Shown one piece after another: positions 1 to 12,900 of a DNA stretch of 64,000 nt. The position numbers and the translations under genes were made by a program. The stretch covers positions 135,718,001 to 135,782,000 of the forward strand of contig OZ296649.1 of NCBI GenBank assembly GCA_965655095.1. Direction: 5' to 3'. The notes under the pieces were generated by a model. It made no database searches. It was not told the origin of the DNA and worked only from the letters and a program-made list of their open reading frames with translations. Each line of letters starts with the position of its first letter. Position 1 is the stretch's first letter. The stretch is from Haplodiscus bocki. Its lineage: Eukaryota.

Positions 1-929
1 CCTCCTCCAGCTGGTGGTAGGGCAGGTTTTGCCCTCAGAATTCCCGCTTGGGGAGGCGCTGCCGACAGAATTGCTGCAGCGGGAAGCGGGGGAGGTGCTG
101 GCGATAGAATTCCTGTTGAGGGAGGCGGGGGAGGTGCTGCCGGCAGAACTCCTGCTGGGGGAGGCGGTGGAGGTGCTGCCGTCAGAATTCCCGCTGGGGG
201 AGGCGGTGGAGGTGCTGCCGTCAGAATTCCCGCTGGGGGAGGCGCTGCCGACAGAATTCCTGCTGCGGGAGGCGGGGGAGGTACTGCCGACAGAACTCCT
301 GCTGAGGGAGGCGGGGGAGGTGCTGCCGGCAGAATTCCCGCTGGGGGAGGCGCTGCCGACAGAATTCCTGCTGCGGGAGGAGGGGGAGGTGCTGCCGATA
401 GAATTCCTACTGAGGGAGGCCGGGGAGGTGCTGCCGATAGAATTCCTACTGAGGGAGGCCGGGGAGGTGCTGCCGACAGAACTCCTGCTGGGGGAGGTGG
501 TGGAGGTGCTGCCGACGGAACTGCTGGGGGAGGCGCTGCCGATAGAATTCCTGTTGAGGGAGGCAGGGGAGGTGCTGTCGACAGAATTCCTGCTGCGGGA
601 GGCGGGGGAGGTACTGCCGACAGAACTCCTGCTGAGGGAGGCGGTGGAGGTGCTGCCGTCAGAATTCCCGCTGGGGGAGGCGCTGCCGACAGAATTCCTG
701 CTGCGGGAGGAGGGGGAGGTGCTGCCGATAGAATTCCTACTGAGGGAGGCCGGGGAGGTGCTGCCGACAGAACTCCTGCTGGGGGAGGTGGTGGAGGTGC
801 TGCCGACGGAACTGCTGGGGGAGGCGCTGCCGATAGAATTCCTGTTGAGGGAGGCAGGGGAGGTGCTGTCGACAGAACTCTTGCTGGGGGAGGCGAGGGA
901 GATGCCATCCAAGAAATTTTAGACATCAT
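1..929 (-). CDS. Proline-rich tandem-repeat exon (units like [13 protein letters not shown])
   Basis: Acceptor cttacttcag|ATG at 930/929, phase 0 matching the donor at 5215; 309 open codons to the window edge; 27-39-bp repeat units. Confidence 0.8.
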   Translation of the reverse strand, partial: MMSKISWMASPSPPPARVLSTAPPLPPSTGILSAAPPPAVPSAAPPPPPPAGVLSAAPPRPPSVGILSAAPPPPPAAGILSAAPPPAGILTAAPPPPPSAGVLSAVPPPPPAAGILSTAPPLPPSTGILSAAPPPAVPSAAPPPPPPAGVLSAAPPRPPSVGILSAAPPRPPSVGILSAAPPPPPAAGILSAAPPPAGILPAAPPPPPSAGVLSAVPPPPPAAGILSAAPPPAGILTAAPPPPPPAGILTAAPPPPPPAGVLPAAPPPPPSTGILSPAPPPLPAAAILSAAPPQAGILRAKPALPPAGG

Positions 930-3900
930 CTGAAGTAAGTAGTGATTTAAATTGAAAGAATAATCCAATAGCGAAAAGATGTTAGAAACGTTGCTCTAGA
1001 CTTTCACACATTTTTTAGATAACTTCAAAAAAATTGATCTTGATTCGTTTTCAGTACTGAGAAAGACTGAGCTAACACTAATTTCGCCTATCTCATTTTT
1101 TTTATTCTCGAAGAAGACAGAATTATCCTAATTTTCGGTCTAATGGCAATCAGACTTCTATTTGGAGTTCAATAACTTTCGGGGGATCAATTACTGAACA
1201 CATTTCCATCTTTGCCAAATAGGCCCCTGAATATCGAAGCACAAGAAATTAAGAGATTTGCCGATATAAAATTTTCGAATGAAACTTTTTAGATCATCAA
1301 ACGCGGATTAATTTTTGCGGGAAACCATTTTGAAACGTGACCTAAAAGATCAATCCTTTCAAATTTTGAACAGAAAATATTTGAGGAAGAGCACACAGGA
1401 ATATTTTGCACATGGATCAATCAACATATAATAGGTTTTCGATTGAGACACAGGTAAGCTAAACGGAAAGGCTGCAATTTATATTGCGAAAAAGACTTCG
1501 CAAATACAAAATGCCAATTATCAGTCCATACTGTAATGGTACTAAAAGAAGCACTTTTGAAGCACGTAACTCCGAAACACTCTGCATGTAGCTTTTGCAT
1601 AACCGTTGTATTTTCCTCAAGCTTCCACGCTCTTGCCGTCACTTTCAAAAAACAGGCGCCTAACGGGGCCCAAACATCGAATTGGAACGAAAGCCTACTT
1701 ACTATTTTCCGCCACATGTTTTCAAATATGTAAGAAAAATTATTCATTCAGTGGGTTCGTTTTTTCGGTATAATTTTGCCAACTCTTTTTATTAGAAATT
1801 GAATCTCGGCATTAATGTTAGGACAAAAATTCTCAAGCAGTAGGTCCGGTCCGGGTCCGAATCTTTGGCGTGCCAGATATTGTTATGATTTCACTGAAAA
1901 TTGTCAGACATTGCAATGGTTCCCATGGCACAAAGGGTAGGACAACAGGGTACTCAAGCATTAGGTACGAGTTCGAACCGCAGCATGTGTATCTAGTTTT
2001 TAATTTATTTGTAAGATAGTGAAAGTTGAGGATTGTTTTTTTTCTACTATCAAAAATATTATATTTCGCCGATTTTGAGAAAGTACTCAATAAAAAAATG
2101 CTGAATCTAATGGACACTTTTTTCTTTTATTATTTTCAAGAGAGAACGAATTTTCTCCTTTTTTCTCTTATTGTTTTTTCCGGCATATTACACAGGAAAG
2201 TACTGCCAAACACAGGCAATAACTCACAAACAACAAAAGGTCCGTTCGACGAAAATTTCCGTTGCTGTGAGATAAAAATGTTTCGCGGTTTCTCATAGTT
2301 TTTCGATACTAGAAACTTGCAGACACACCAAAAGGGACCCCTCACGAAATTTTTCATGCAGACGAAAAGCTTTTCACATCTTTTTGTGATACCCTCCTGT
2401 ATGGTTTACCAAAAGTTTCCCACCTGACAAATGCGCAGAGCTAGAAACTTCCATAAACACAAGAAACTTCCAGAAATAAAAAAAGGGCTCCCTTACCTAT
2501 CTTTCGGTACTTTGATATCGGGAGACAAACAGTCTTAGAGGTTTTTTCGTGATACACTTCCATGGTTTACCGAGGCATGCTTTACCGAGGTTTTCGCGTT
2601 AGACAGATGAGGAATGTCGACTTTGACCTGATCTCAGCTCGTTTTAGTTTCAATCTAGAAATTTTCCCAAAAGAAAAAAGGCAATTCAGAAGTGCAGTTT
2701 TTCCTTTCCCAGGATTGTTTATTACATATGCGGCGTCACCCTAGATAGGTAGCCCCAACTCAGAACGCACCACATCTTTTCAAAACTGGTTTTATGTTTC
2801 CTGAAACTGTTGTACAAATTAGATTCTTTTCGATCCACACTCTTTTTTCCCCCATATACTTTAGGGTTTTTCTGTTTCCCGAAAAAGATTCACTTTTTCC
2901 ATATGTATGAATCAACTGAACTTGTTCTAATCTTTAAAAAAATGGGCAAAAAAGTAGTTGGTAACTTTCAACTATAACAAAATTATATGTTCATTTTGTA
3001 AAATGAACACCATTCGAAAAAAATGAGCTGTTTTTCCAGAAAAGATTCCTCCAGAACATGTATATTGTTTCTTTATCTATGCTTCAAACACCAAAAAAAA
3101 ATCAAGAAAAACTTTCCTTCAAAACGACCGACTGACATTTTCCATGAAGGCCACAACCCTTAACTTTTCATTTGTTGAAAATCCTTGTTTTTCGGAATAC
3201 TTCGTTTCAAAAAGCTGGCATATGAAACAAGGATCAATTCTGCTAAAATATATTCGACAGGCAATTTTCTAAAACGGAATTCAAACCTATATTTCTTCAA
3301 ACCTCCCAGTTGACTTTCATCCGTCAACGTCTCACTGAACTAATGTCACCTTGTAAAAAAGTGTTGAGAAAATATTTTGCTATTCGACCTTTTCAAGAGA
3401 AACCCGTATGAACGAAATTAGCAAGAACTGTTAATGTATGATGAACTTTGATATTCAAACTAATTTTACTTCCAAACTACTTGCCAGAACCAATCCATCA
3501 ATGTCTGAATCGACAACTTCCTCAGAGCCAAACATCTTTCAACAAAATCTTCCATACGGGTTCTTGCCTCGAAACCTTGGAGGGTGGGATTAACCAAAAA
3601 GGCTTGGTGGATTGATTTTTCTCGCTAGTGACACTAAAACTTTGCTCAAAACTACCGGCTACGTTTCTGCAATCAATGTCTCACTCGACGATTTTCTACT
3701 TTTAACTTGGTACTTCACTGTACAATATTGCGTTTCGTTCCTCATAATGGAAACCTCATAATGTCCAAAAATGCATGTTTGCTTGAATCGTCTTTATAAC
3801 CAGACTCGATTCGTTTCGAAACAACCTTCTCAATATCTGCTATCATGGTTTCAACCGACAATTTTTTTTTCGGCACAACATCGTTCAAGGAAAACGTTCA

Positions 3901-6900
3901 TGGAAAATGTGAAGGCATCGCAAACTTCATAAACCGATATAGCCAAAATTTAGGAAAGGTCTTATTTTTCCTGAAAAACAAGTCGGCATTTCTGAAAAAC
4001 TACTGGCTGCATTTCGTCCATCAGGGTATCAATAGAAATTTTTCAGTTGGTAGAAAGCTACTTGATTGCTCAACAAAGCAGTTAGTTACTTCTAACGGAA
4101 ACCGGATGGGCCAAACCAGCCAAGACCTGAAGATTGGTCTGATTCATCTTGATTTTCAAACTCGGTCTCCCTCGAAGCAACTGTAATTCTTTCGTCAAGG
4201 TCTCAATCAAGCAATTCTTATGGTACAAGATGATTCAATATCTATATCTTCTTTTTTCATCCCTTCGTCGAAAAACATGACAGAACTGAACTGCCAAAGG
4301 CTATGTACATGATAAAAAGTTATGAATGAGGCTTCGTGTTGGAAATTAAGTTTTTCCAGAGCTACCGACTGCATTTCATCAAGACGTGTCGATGAAGTTT
4401 TTATATTTTTATTAGTTTTAAAATGAGAAACATTAAATTCTATAGCTCTCAGCGGCAACATGAATTCCTGAGAATTCGAAAAAATTGCAAATGCATGTGG
4501 TTCTTGAGATTCCAATTCATCTGTCTCCAAAACTACCGACTGGACATCTTCCACCAAGGTCTCAGCGGATACTTTCATCTGTGTTTAAGGTTACTCGATA
4601 AACTTATTTCGAAAGGTGTCCCCTGCATTCGTAATCTCATAGGCTGAAGGTGGCAAAAGTGGGACTTGTAGTGGCCTTTCTCTAGTCAAACTCATTTTCT
4701 CTAAAACTACTGGCTGGATTTCTACTATCAAGATCTCACAAGATTGTTTTGAAATTTCAGAAGGTGATTCAGAAATATGCCTCGAGTTCAGCACTTTGCT
4801 TCGGAGCCCTGATAAGTTGGTAATGCCAAAAATTGTAGAAAGCAGTGGTGGGATTGATGTTTGCGGAGAACTTTTGAAAACTAGATTCAAAACAATATTC
4901 TCGTTTTTTGAAATGTTTGCAAAGTTGATCAAAAACTTTGTAATTGGGCGAAGAATATCCGGTGCTGGCCGGTCATCTTGTAATTTTTTTTCAATCAATT
5001 TTCAACAATCTGTAAGACAGCCGTATATAGTACCAAAGTAGTTAAACAGTGAGCGCTGAAAAATTACCACAGCCAACAGAGGAGGAGGATATTCAGTATA
5101 AACTGACCGATTTAATTAAATTTGGAAGAATATGAATGATTCTTTTAAAATAAAGAACTCCTTTTCACAGGTGAAACAATTTTTCTTTCTTTAAAAAAAA
5201 ACGAAAATACACACCCGTGCAGGAACAGTCATCCCCTCATATGATGAACCAATTGTTTTGCCAAGGGGTGATTCTATCTCAGGAGACTCGACGTGCATCT
5301 TCCGAAGTGATGGCAAAGAAGATTCCTGAATTGGCCGACTGAAAACGTTCGGAGGATCTGCGGAGAAATCTGCAGAGGTTACTAAAGAGAGGTCGCCAGA
5401 GGTTTGCGGTTGCCTCGTTTTTTTCTTTTTCAAAGCAGATCCAAGTATTGGTTCTCCAGGAGAAAGGTTGCCTAAAAAGCAAAGTAAGTTTGAGTGAAAA
5501 GGAAAAAGCTGCGGAAAAAAATAGAAAGCAAATTTAAACAGGACGGCCGGCTACAACCGGAAAATTTTCCTCCCTCCAATTTTGTTAGAGATGATTTCTT
5601 TATGATAAAGATTGAAAACGGTTTTCTTTAAAAAAATACTTTTCATATAGTTTCTAACATTCCCAAAGTTGAAAATTTTCTGAATTTTATCCAAAAAAAC
5701 CCTCAAAATTAGGGTAAAGATAATTGAAAAAATCATTTAATACGAATTCTACAGCAAATTTGCCTCCTTAACCTATTTTTAAAAAAATTGAAGTATTTTT
5801 TCAAAAAGCCCAACTTCCACAAAAAAGTTAAATTTTTTTTACTTATTTGAGAAATCTTACTATTCGAGTCGGATTCTACGGCAAATTTGCTACAATTTCC
5901 TGATGAAAAGTTTTGAAACTCAGAATCTTCCTCCGGTCATTCTGCCCGGACAATTGGCAAGTAAACGTAAAAAAACGCACCGCGTTAAGTGGATGATTTT
6001 CCCTCCATATTATATATAATTAGACGCGGAGAATAACGAATAGTGAAAAAAAATTATGGAAAAATAAATCGAGAGCCGTTTGATTCTGGGCTTTTAATTT
6101 AGGCTAAAATGTCCGACTATTACATTGACTAATTTTAGTTTAATCTTTTGCACAGTCTATTCGACGAAAATGAAGCGTACACCGAAACGAAAGATGGTCA
6201 CGGAAAGAGATATCATATCGGCGAATGCGCTGGATGAAGTTATCACAAGTCGTTTAGATTAAAAATTCGAGGAAAAGATGGTAGAAAAGTTCACTAAAAC
6301 ACAGTCGTCGCCGAGCCTGAAAAGATTTTCGTCGGAACGTGAAACAAACCAGACTATCACATTGACAAGATCAGCAATCGCTAGAGGAGGAAACGAAACA
6401 GATAACTGACCATTGTCACCGAATTTCGGTCAAACATCGGACCGACAGCGTCTCAGTCACCAAAGGCTTCTTTTTTACATACCTGTCAAAACTAGCAAAG
6501 AACGAATCACAAGAAAATTGCGTTTGCATTCTATCATCAACCTTGTTCAACTTGTCGAATTTTTCTATTGGAAACAGCTTGCCTTGGAGGGAATGGAAGA
6601 CTCCAACTCTCCTGAGGGCTGGATCAGGAAGATGTATACACACACTGTTCTGTCTGGTGAAAACACAAATTGCTCTAAATGTGGACAGACAGAAAATCAA
6701 TGCCACTTAATTCCCAGCCTGTCGGTTGTATTGCTGGATGGGATAATCTATTGCAGAATGGACAGCAAGATGTTTCTGCAACCGCCGTGTTTGATTGGAC
6801 AATATTACAGTGACTTTCTCAGTCGGCGTTTTGGAAAACAAACCGACTATTACAGGACTATTTCTTTCACTTTTTTGTAACACGCGGTTCTCTCTTTCGA

Positions 6901-9900
6901 ATCGAACCACTTCTCGGTATAAATTGGTATCTCGTAAAATTACAGAATGCAACCGGAAAAATTATACCAATGTACTTGCAAAAAAACTCTCCGCATTCAT
7001 TGGCGGACTATCGAGAGATTACTTAATACCTCAACTATTGCCGGATTATTGAGATACTACTCAGCCTCTCTTCCGGTATACGAAAGTTTTCTTTAAAAAA
7101 ACGAAACATATCGCTTCGAAAGCCTAATTGTAGCCCCTGGCTTTCCCTCGAATATCTGCCACTCGAGCTTGCGCCAAATTCGTCAGTCAATGCCCATATG
7201 TAAGTAAAGAATCACGTGGCGGATTTTCGAGGTAAAACAATTCGCTTTTTCGAACCATAGATCTATTTTGGAAGAAAACACAGAACACAAAGAGAAATTC
7301 AGTACACGGTCGATTATCCATGAGCCCACTACAAATGAACACAGAGTTGAAACGGAACTTCGCAACATATTGACTGTCAGTAGCGATCAAAAATGAGAAT
7401 CACACATTAAAGGTCAATCGAGACATTTGAAAACAAGATCGGAGATGTGATTCATAGTTTTAGAATTACTACACCGGCGCTCAATTAAAAGTTAGTCCGG
7501 AAAACTCGAATCAAGACGAGCAGCGGTTACAGTGTCTCATACTCAAACATTCAATCTAACAGTCAAGCCTTTTTAGGTTTTGCCATTCTGCAGCCCAGTG
7601 TTCAAGATTTGAACAGTAAACAACACGGAAATGAACAATATACCAACAAAAGTGTTTCATATTCAAGATATTGGTATGTAAAACATGACTTTTTAAGAAG
7701 CTGTTTTTATTTTTTTTTCAAACCATATGTTTTGGAAGTTGGCACTTTTTGCGAAGCGAAAAAATAAACTAACAGCCAAATGTCTCAGAAGAATTCCATT
7801 GTGTCAAAAAAGTTTTCAACAGGATTAAAAATTAGACAATAGTCGGTTTCAATACAAACTCTTGCCTTCGGGCAGAATGCCTAGAAAATTGATTGGGAAA
7901 AGACTGTACGCTGTCAAAGAGTTTTCAAGACACTTGTGGACCCATCCAGTTAAAAAAGACGCCCCAGTTTGCGCCGGCACATTCTCGTTTTCCCTTCCTT
8001 GTTGTCAGAATTTTTTAAAATAATTATATTAATAATTTGAATAGCTAATAACAATACTCTTACAAAAGTCTGGCTATGATTGGCAATCAAAATCTGAATT
8101 ATTTGGCAATCGCATCAACCAGGGTTTTTAATCGGCGCATTAGTAATTACCAAAAGATAGACTCCAGTAGTACTTACTTTTTTGTTAGTTCTAAGATGAC
8201 AGAACTCAATCTGTATACGTAAATTCCGCTAACGTGTATTTCAACTCTTCTGCACGAGGATCACAAAATCATACAACGTGACAGTAAAAAAACATAAGGC
8301 ATCGAGGATAACATAGTTATTGATCGCTAAGAAATTAGAATAGTACAGAAAATGGGAATCAAGCAAATTAGAGAAATTCCCATCGCATCGAACATTCAAA
8401 AGCTTCGAAGAAGTCGGAGCACACAGTTTCAGCTTTACATAGTCTGCAATTGTTCGACCCTTGGCGGATCAACATTTTTCGAACGCAAGCAAAATCATAT
8501 ATACATAAACTAATATATAAAGAAACAAATATACAAACAATTATGCGCGATAAAAACTTTTCTTCAAAAAAAGCAACCACGAAAACTTGGGAAAAAAATT
8601 GAGACAAATATAAATATCAGAAACTTGAACACAAAACTTGTCTGATTGTTTTTTTCTTCAAAAACGCCACTGCGTAAATTTCCGTGATACCCACTTTTGG
8701 GTAATCCGTTAAATTCTTCAACAGAAAATCCACAAAGATTGTATATACCCAATCGTCGCTTTTTTGTGGAAACTTGTAAGTTGTAATTTTAGGAAACGAA
8801 AGTTCTCCTCAAAAAACCCTCTCTTCCTTTGATATATTGAGCTTCACGGGCAGCGCCAATTTGACCGTTCCGGCGCGTTTTTGGACTTTTAGCTTAAATT
8901 TCATTAAAAAGAAGCACAGGCTGACTGTACAGCTGTAGTTTTTCAAGTACACGGCCATTAAAATGCCAGGTAGTAACCGCTAAGAATTTAGCATAATAAA
9001 AAAACGACATGAACGAGATTGGCTAAAATTGTCAGAGAAATCTGAAATATGGGGATAAAGACACCACTTTGATGGAGCCAAGCACTCCCAATGCACATCA
9101 ACCTTTCGTTCAACCCAACACAGTCAGTCAAATCGCTCCGCCAATAGACGCGGTTTCTGTTGCAACTTAACCAGGCACATTTGTCTTGCTCATAGACATC
9201 ACTCTCAGTTCTGCACTGCCACGTATGTAGCCCCTCCAACGCACATGGAAAACAATCCATCAGAGGATGTTCATTTTTCTCGCGGTAAGGGCTCGGATTC
9301 AAAATTCCATAGATCTCAAGTTCGATTATCTTAGTCACCTAAGTTCAACTTCAAAGCTAGTACGACCTCCGGAAAATTTCTTTGCGAACATCTAGTATCA
9401 CAAGCCTTGTGCTGAGATACCTCTGATTCTCCTGCTCTTCTGAATCAAAACCAGTGTGAGCGATTTCCCGAAAAGTGATCATGTCATTTCATGGCTCGGA
9501 ATTGCTCAAAAGTTGATAACGCCCTGCAACATCTCTGGATGCCTGTTCATCAACTAATAAACGGAAAGTAAACATGCAGAAGCCATTTCAGTGCCACAGA
9601 AAAAATCTCCCAACATGTCGAAAACTCGCAGCAATGTTCAAAACTCCCAGCAAATCACGCCAGTAGTAAGGATAGGGAGTAGGGGGTGGGTGTTCGCACC
9701 GTAGATGGCACCCAATAAATTTTCTCTATCTTGACAGCTAAATAACCAGAAATATCGCCTGCAAATATCGCCCATTCGTGAAAGTGCGCGAAGATGAAAA
9801 AAGAAGTGAAATCTATAGGCCTTAAGCTTAACATCTTCATGCTTAAAAATATCTTGGTTCGAATATTTTTTACAGCGTTACCTGAAAGGCCACCACAGGG

Positions 9901-12900
9901 CAATTGGAACACGGGTGGTGGCGCGGGTGCACTAGGGAGCGCTGCGTGCATCATTTTAGGTGAAGCCATATTAGGAGCCGAAAAAAGCATAGATGCCGCA
10001 ACATTTACAGTTGGCCCAGTGAAGTCACTAGCTGTAGACGTGAATTTCGCTGAAACGTCTTCAGTTGGCATTGAGAAGGCGATACCTTTCGCACTCGGCA
10101 TCCGTTGGTCAGTTATAGCAGTTGGAGACATTGAAGCGTTGACTGACAAAGGCGAAGTACTTCTTTCAGTTGGGTCCCACGCTGCACGACGAATCCTTCC
10201 TGAAGTTGTAAAAAATCATGAAGATCTTCAAAAGATTCAATGATGGCATGTACACACCGAGTAATGAAAAGTGCATTTTAAAACAGTTTTCCAGAGCCGT
10301 TATTTAGAATTCTGCCCATTTTAATACGAGACAGTGTTTCTGGATTTGACAAATTATTTATGCATTTAAAAATTCTATTCATTTTAGTATACATCCGCGA
10401 GGTGATTTTAGACGGTAATGTAGACCACTTTTGGAATGAAATTATGATTTTTAGAAACGGTTATAAGGTAGAATTTAAATTAGCAATTTTTAAGCTAAAA
10501 TTTTAGTTGCCTCTATACTCGGGAGAACTCACACTGAAAAGCGCACAAAGTCCCACTTTAATCTACATACAATTTAATCCACGCTGGCTTTTTTCTACCA
10601 AAAGTAAAACAGGTTTAACCGGACTGGTTTACCAGTAAAAAAAACAACTTGTAGTTTTGATTAGTAATGTCTCAACTCTAACCTAAATTTTGATTCAAAA
10701 ATGATGATCAAATAATCACCCGGAAAATTCACAGCTCTTGCCGATCTGCTAGGAGACAACTTGAAACTTGTTCCAATTTCAGGTCCAACGTAGCTGTCTT
10801 TCTGACCCATTCCAACCATTACACCTAAAACAATTTTACTGTGCAAAATCGAGATTTCTTGCATCTTTCCATGCTGAAAACATAGACTTTAGCGTTGAAA
10901 GTAAAGAAGAGCCAACGACCCCCCTTGAAAAATCTTCCTGACCAATCTCGAAACGTCACCAAGTTTTTCTATGATGAGATACTCCTTCTAAGGAGGTAAA
11001 GTTTCTGAACAGGATTCGGCAAACATCACCTTATATCCAGGAAAACTATTCTGATTTATTGTTGGATTTGAGCTATTCTCATTTGTCATTAGCCGAACTG
11101 TTTTGGCAACCTGACTATTAAATTGCGGGCTGCTAGTTGATACTTGATGTTGCAGTTTAATTCCGCCTGCAGTTGATTAGTTCAGATTTCATCTTATATC
11201 GCAAACGTCTTATAAATCTATCCGAGCCAGTTCAAACTTTAAATCCAATCGGTAACTTTGTTAGTGCGAAGCTGATGACAAACGCCTGCTTTTGAGGTTT
11301 TTTTTAGATATTAAAGCCTTTTCTTTCTGTCAGGTCCAGGTAATATTCATTGCCGTTCGGAGGTTGACCGTTTACACAAGAACACTAGAGTCTGACGTCA
11401 AGAAATGCAAGTTTTGGACAGGATAGAAAAAGTGGGCATAAATCACTTCCAATTAGTGGCTTGACTGTTACCAGTTGTTCTGCAACAGTTACAGAGAGGC
11501 GAAGCTGCGCTTTCCATCTGCTTGCAACGAAGGTCAAAAATGAACAGACTAATTAATTACCCAACCACGAAAACAGCTCATTTTCGTGAACTTTTCCAAA
11601 TAGCAAAGTGTACAGAAATGTTTGAGCAGAAAATGAAATGGAAAATGGCGGTGTGCAGAATTGTTGATTTTCTACAATAAAGCGTTTTTGATTAGCAGCC
11701 ACTTATCCTTGCCGCAGAGTCTTTTTGGAATAATCTCTTCACTGGCCGCAAGAAAAAAATTACCAATTTGAAATGATTTTGCCAGGTATCTCCACACAAA
11801 TCAACAATGTTGTCCCATCATCCTAGCCACGTCATTGAAGGAAAAAGTCCTTTCAGAACATCTTCGTAAAATTTTCGACAGTGGATAGCATATCAGTCAC
11901 GTATACAGCAAACTTGTCAGATAAATTGTGTCTTCCTTATATTTCATTGACCACTTGACCCAAAGTCAGATGATCAGGAAGCTTTTTGGAGAATAGACTG
12001 TCGAGCACAACGCAAAATGGCCTGAACCGTCGGATGATATTCACAACATATTGATCCCTCTCGTTGCAAATTTCGTAGAGTTTTATGCAAAAAAAAACAT
12101 TTCTTTTGACTGCAATCCTCTATCGTAGCGGTAAGTTGTTTCTGGAATGAATTTGCAACGAGGGTTAGGTATGCTCCATGCAACTGCTCGGGTCTCGGGA
12201 AAGTCCCTCCTCTGACAATTTTTTTCAAGGAAATTTTGCATTTTAGTTGCTCTTTTGAGTCGTCCATTTAACGCCAAAAGTATTGCAAAAAAATCTTTCA
12301 GACAAGTTGATCTTTCGTTTTGGTTCGATAAAAATGTTGCGACTGAAACTTGTCGCAAACCAGGCAAATAGGATTTTCAGCTTCCGTTATCTTCTTCACA
12401 AGCTGGTTTGACCTTTTATGACCTCTATTGTTCTCCCTTTTAAAGATAATGGTTTATGGGAATACAGTTTGCATGGTTTTGTACCTCCATAATTGTAAAT
12501 ATCGTTCAGGTACTCTCAATAACAGTCCGCGGGTGTAACTACTGTGGGAATCTTCTGCGCTGCAAGATGAAATTGTTCGGATTCTGCAATTTATGCTGTC
12601 GATTTTCAAATATTATTTGAATTCCTTTAGTAATTTGACCGTTCATTCAGGTACTTCTTTAAAAATAAATTCACAGCAGTCTGAACAATTTCTATATACT
12701 TTCGTTGTTCGCGAGCTTTAATTTTACCTGCAAATGATGCGTTAAATCTTGAGAAATATTTGCTTATTCAATTTCTTTGTTGCCTCATTGTCTGACTCTT
12801 TTGTTGAAACTTTAAACTATCGCATATCGTTTTCTGAAATCCTACTGGCTGATTAAATAAATTTATGCTAATACAATAACATTTGACCGAACTTTTGCTG

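Noticed and set aside
14-922. 302-aa plus-strand ORF (EVLP/GEA repeats)
   Set aside because: Antisense shadow of the Pro-rich exon; the minus frame has a splice acceptor and a phase link to the gene
6413-9338. Intronic ORFs 6413-6880 and 8988-9338
   Set aside because: No recognisable motifs or splice links; likely decayed repeats
9794-10243. 149-aa plus-strand ORF, and similar ORFs opposite other exons (17356, 32976, 40455)
   Set aside because: Antisense shadows of PARP4 exons
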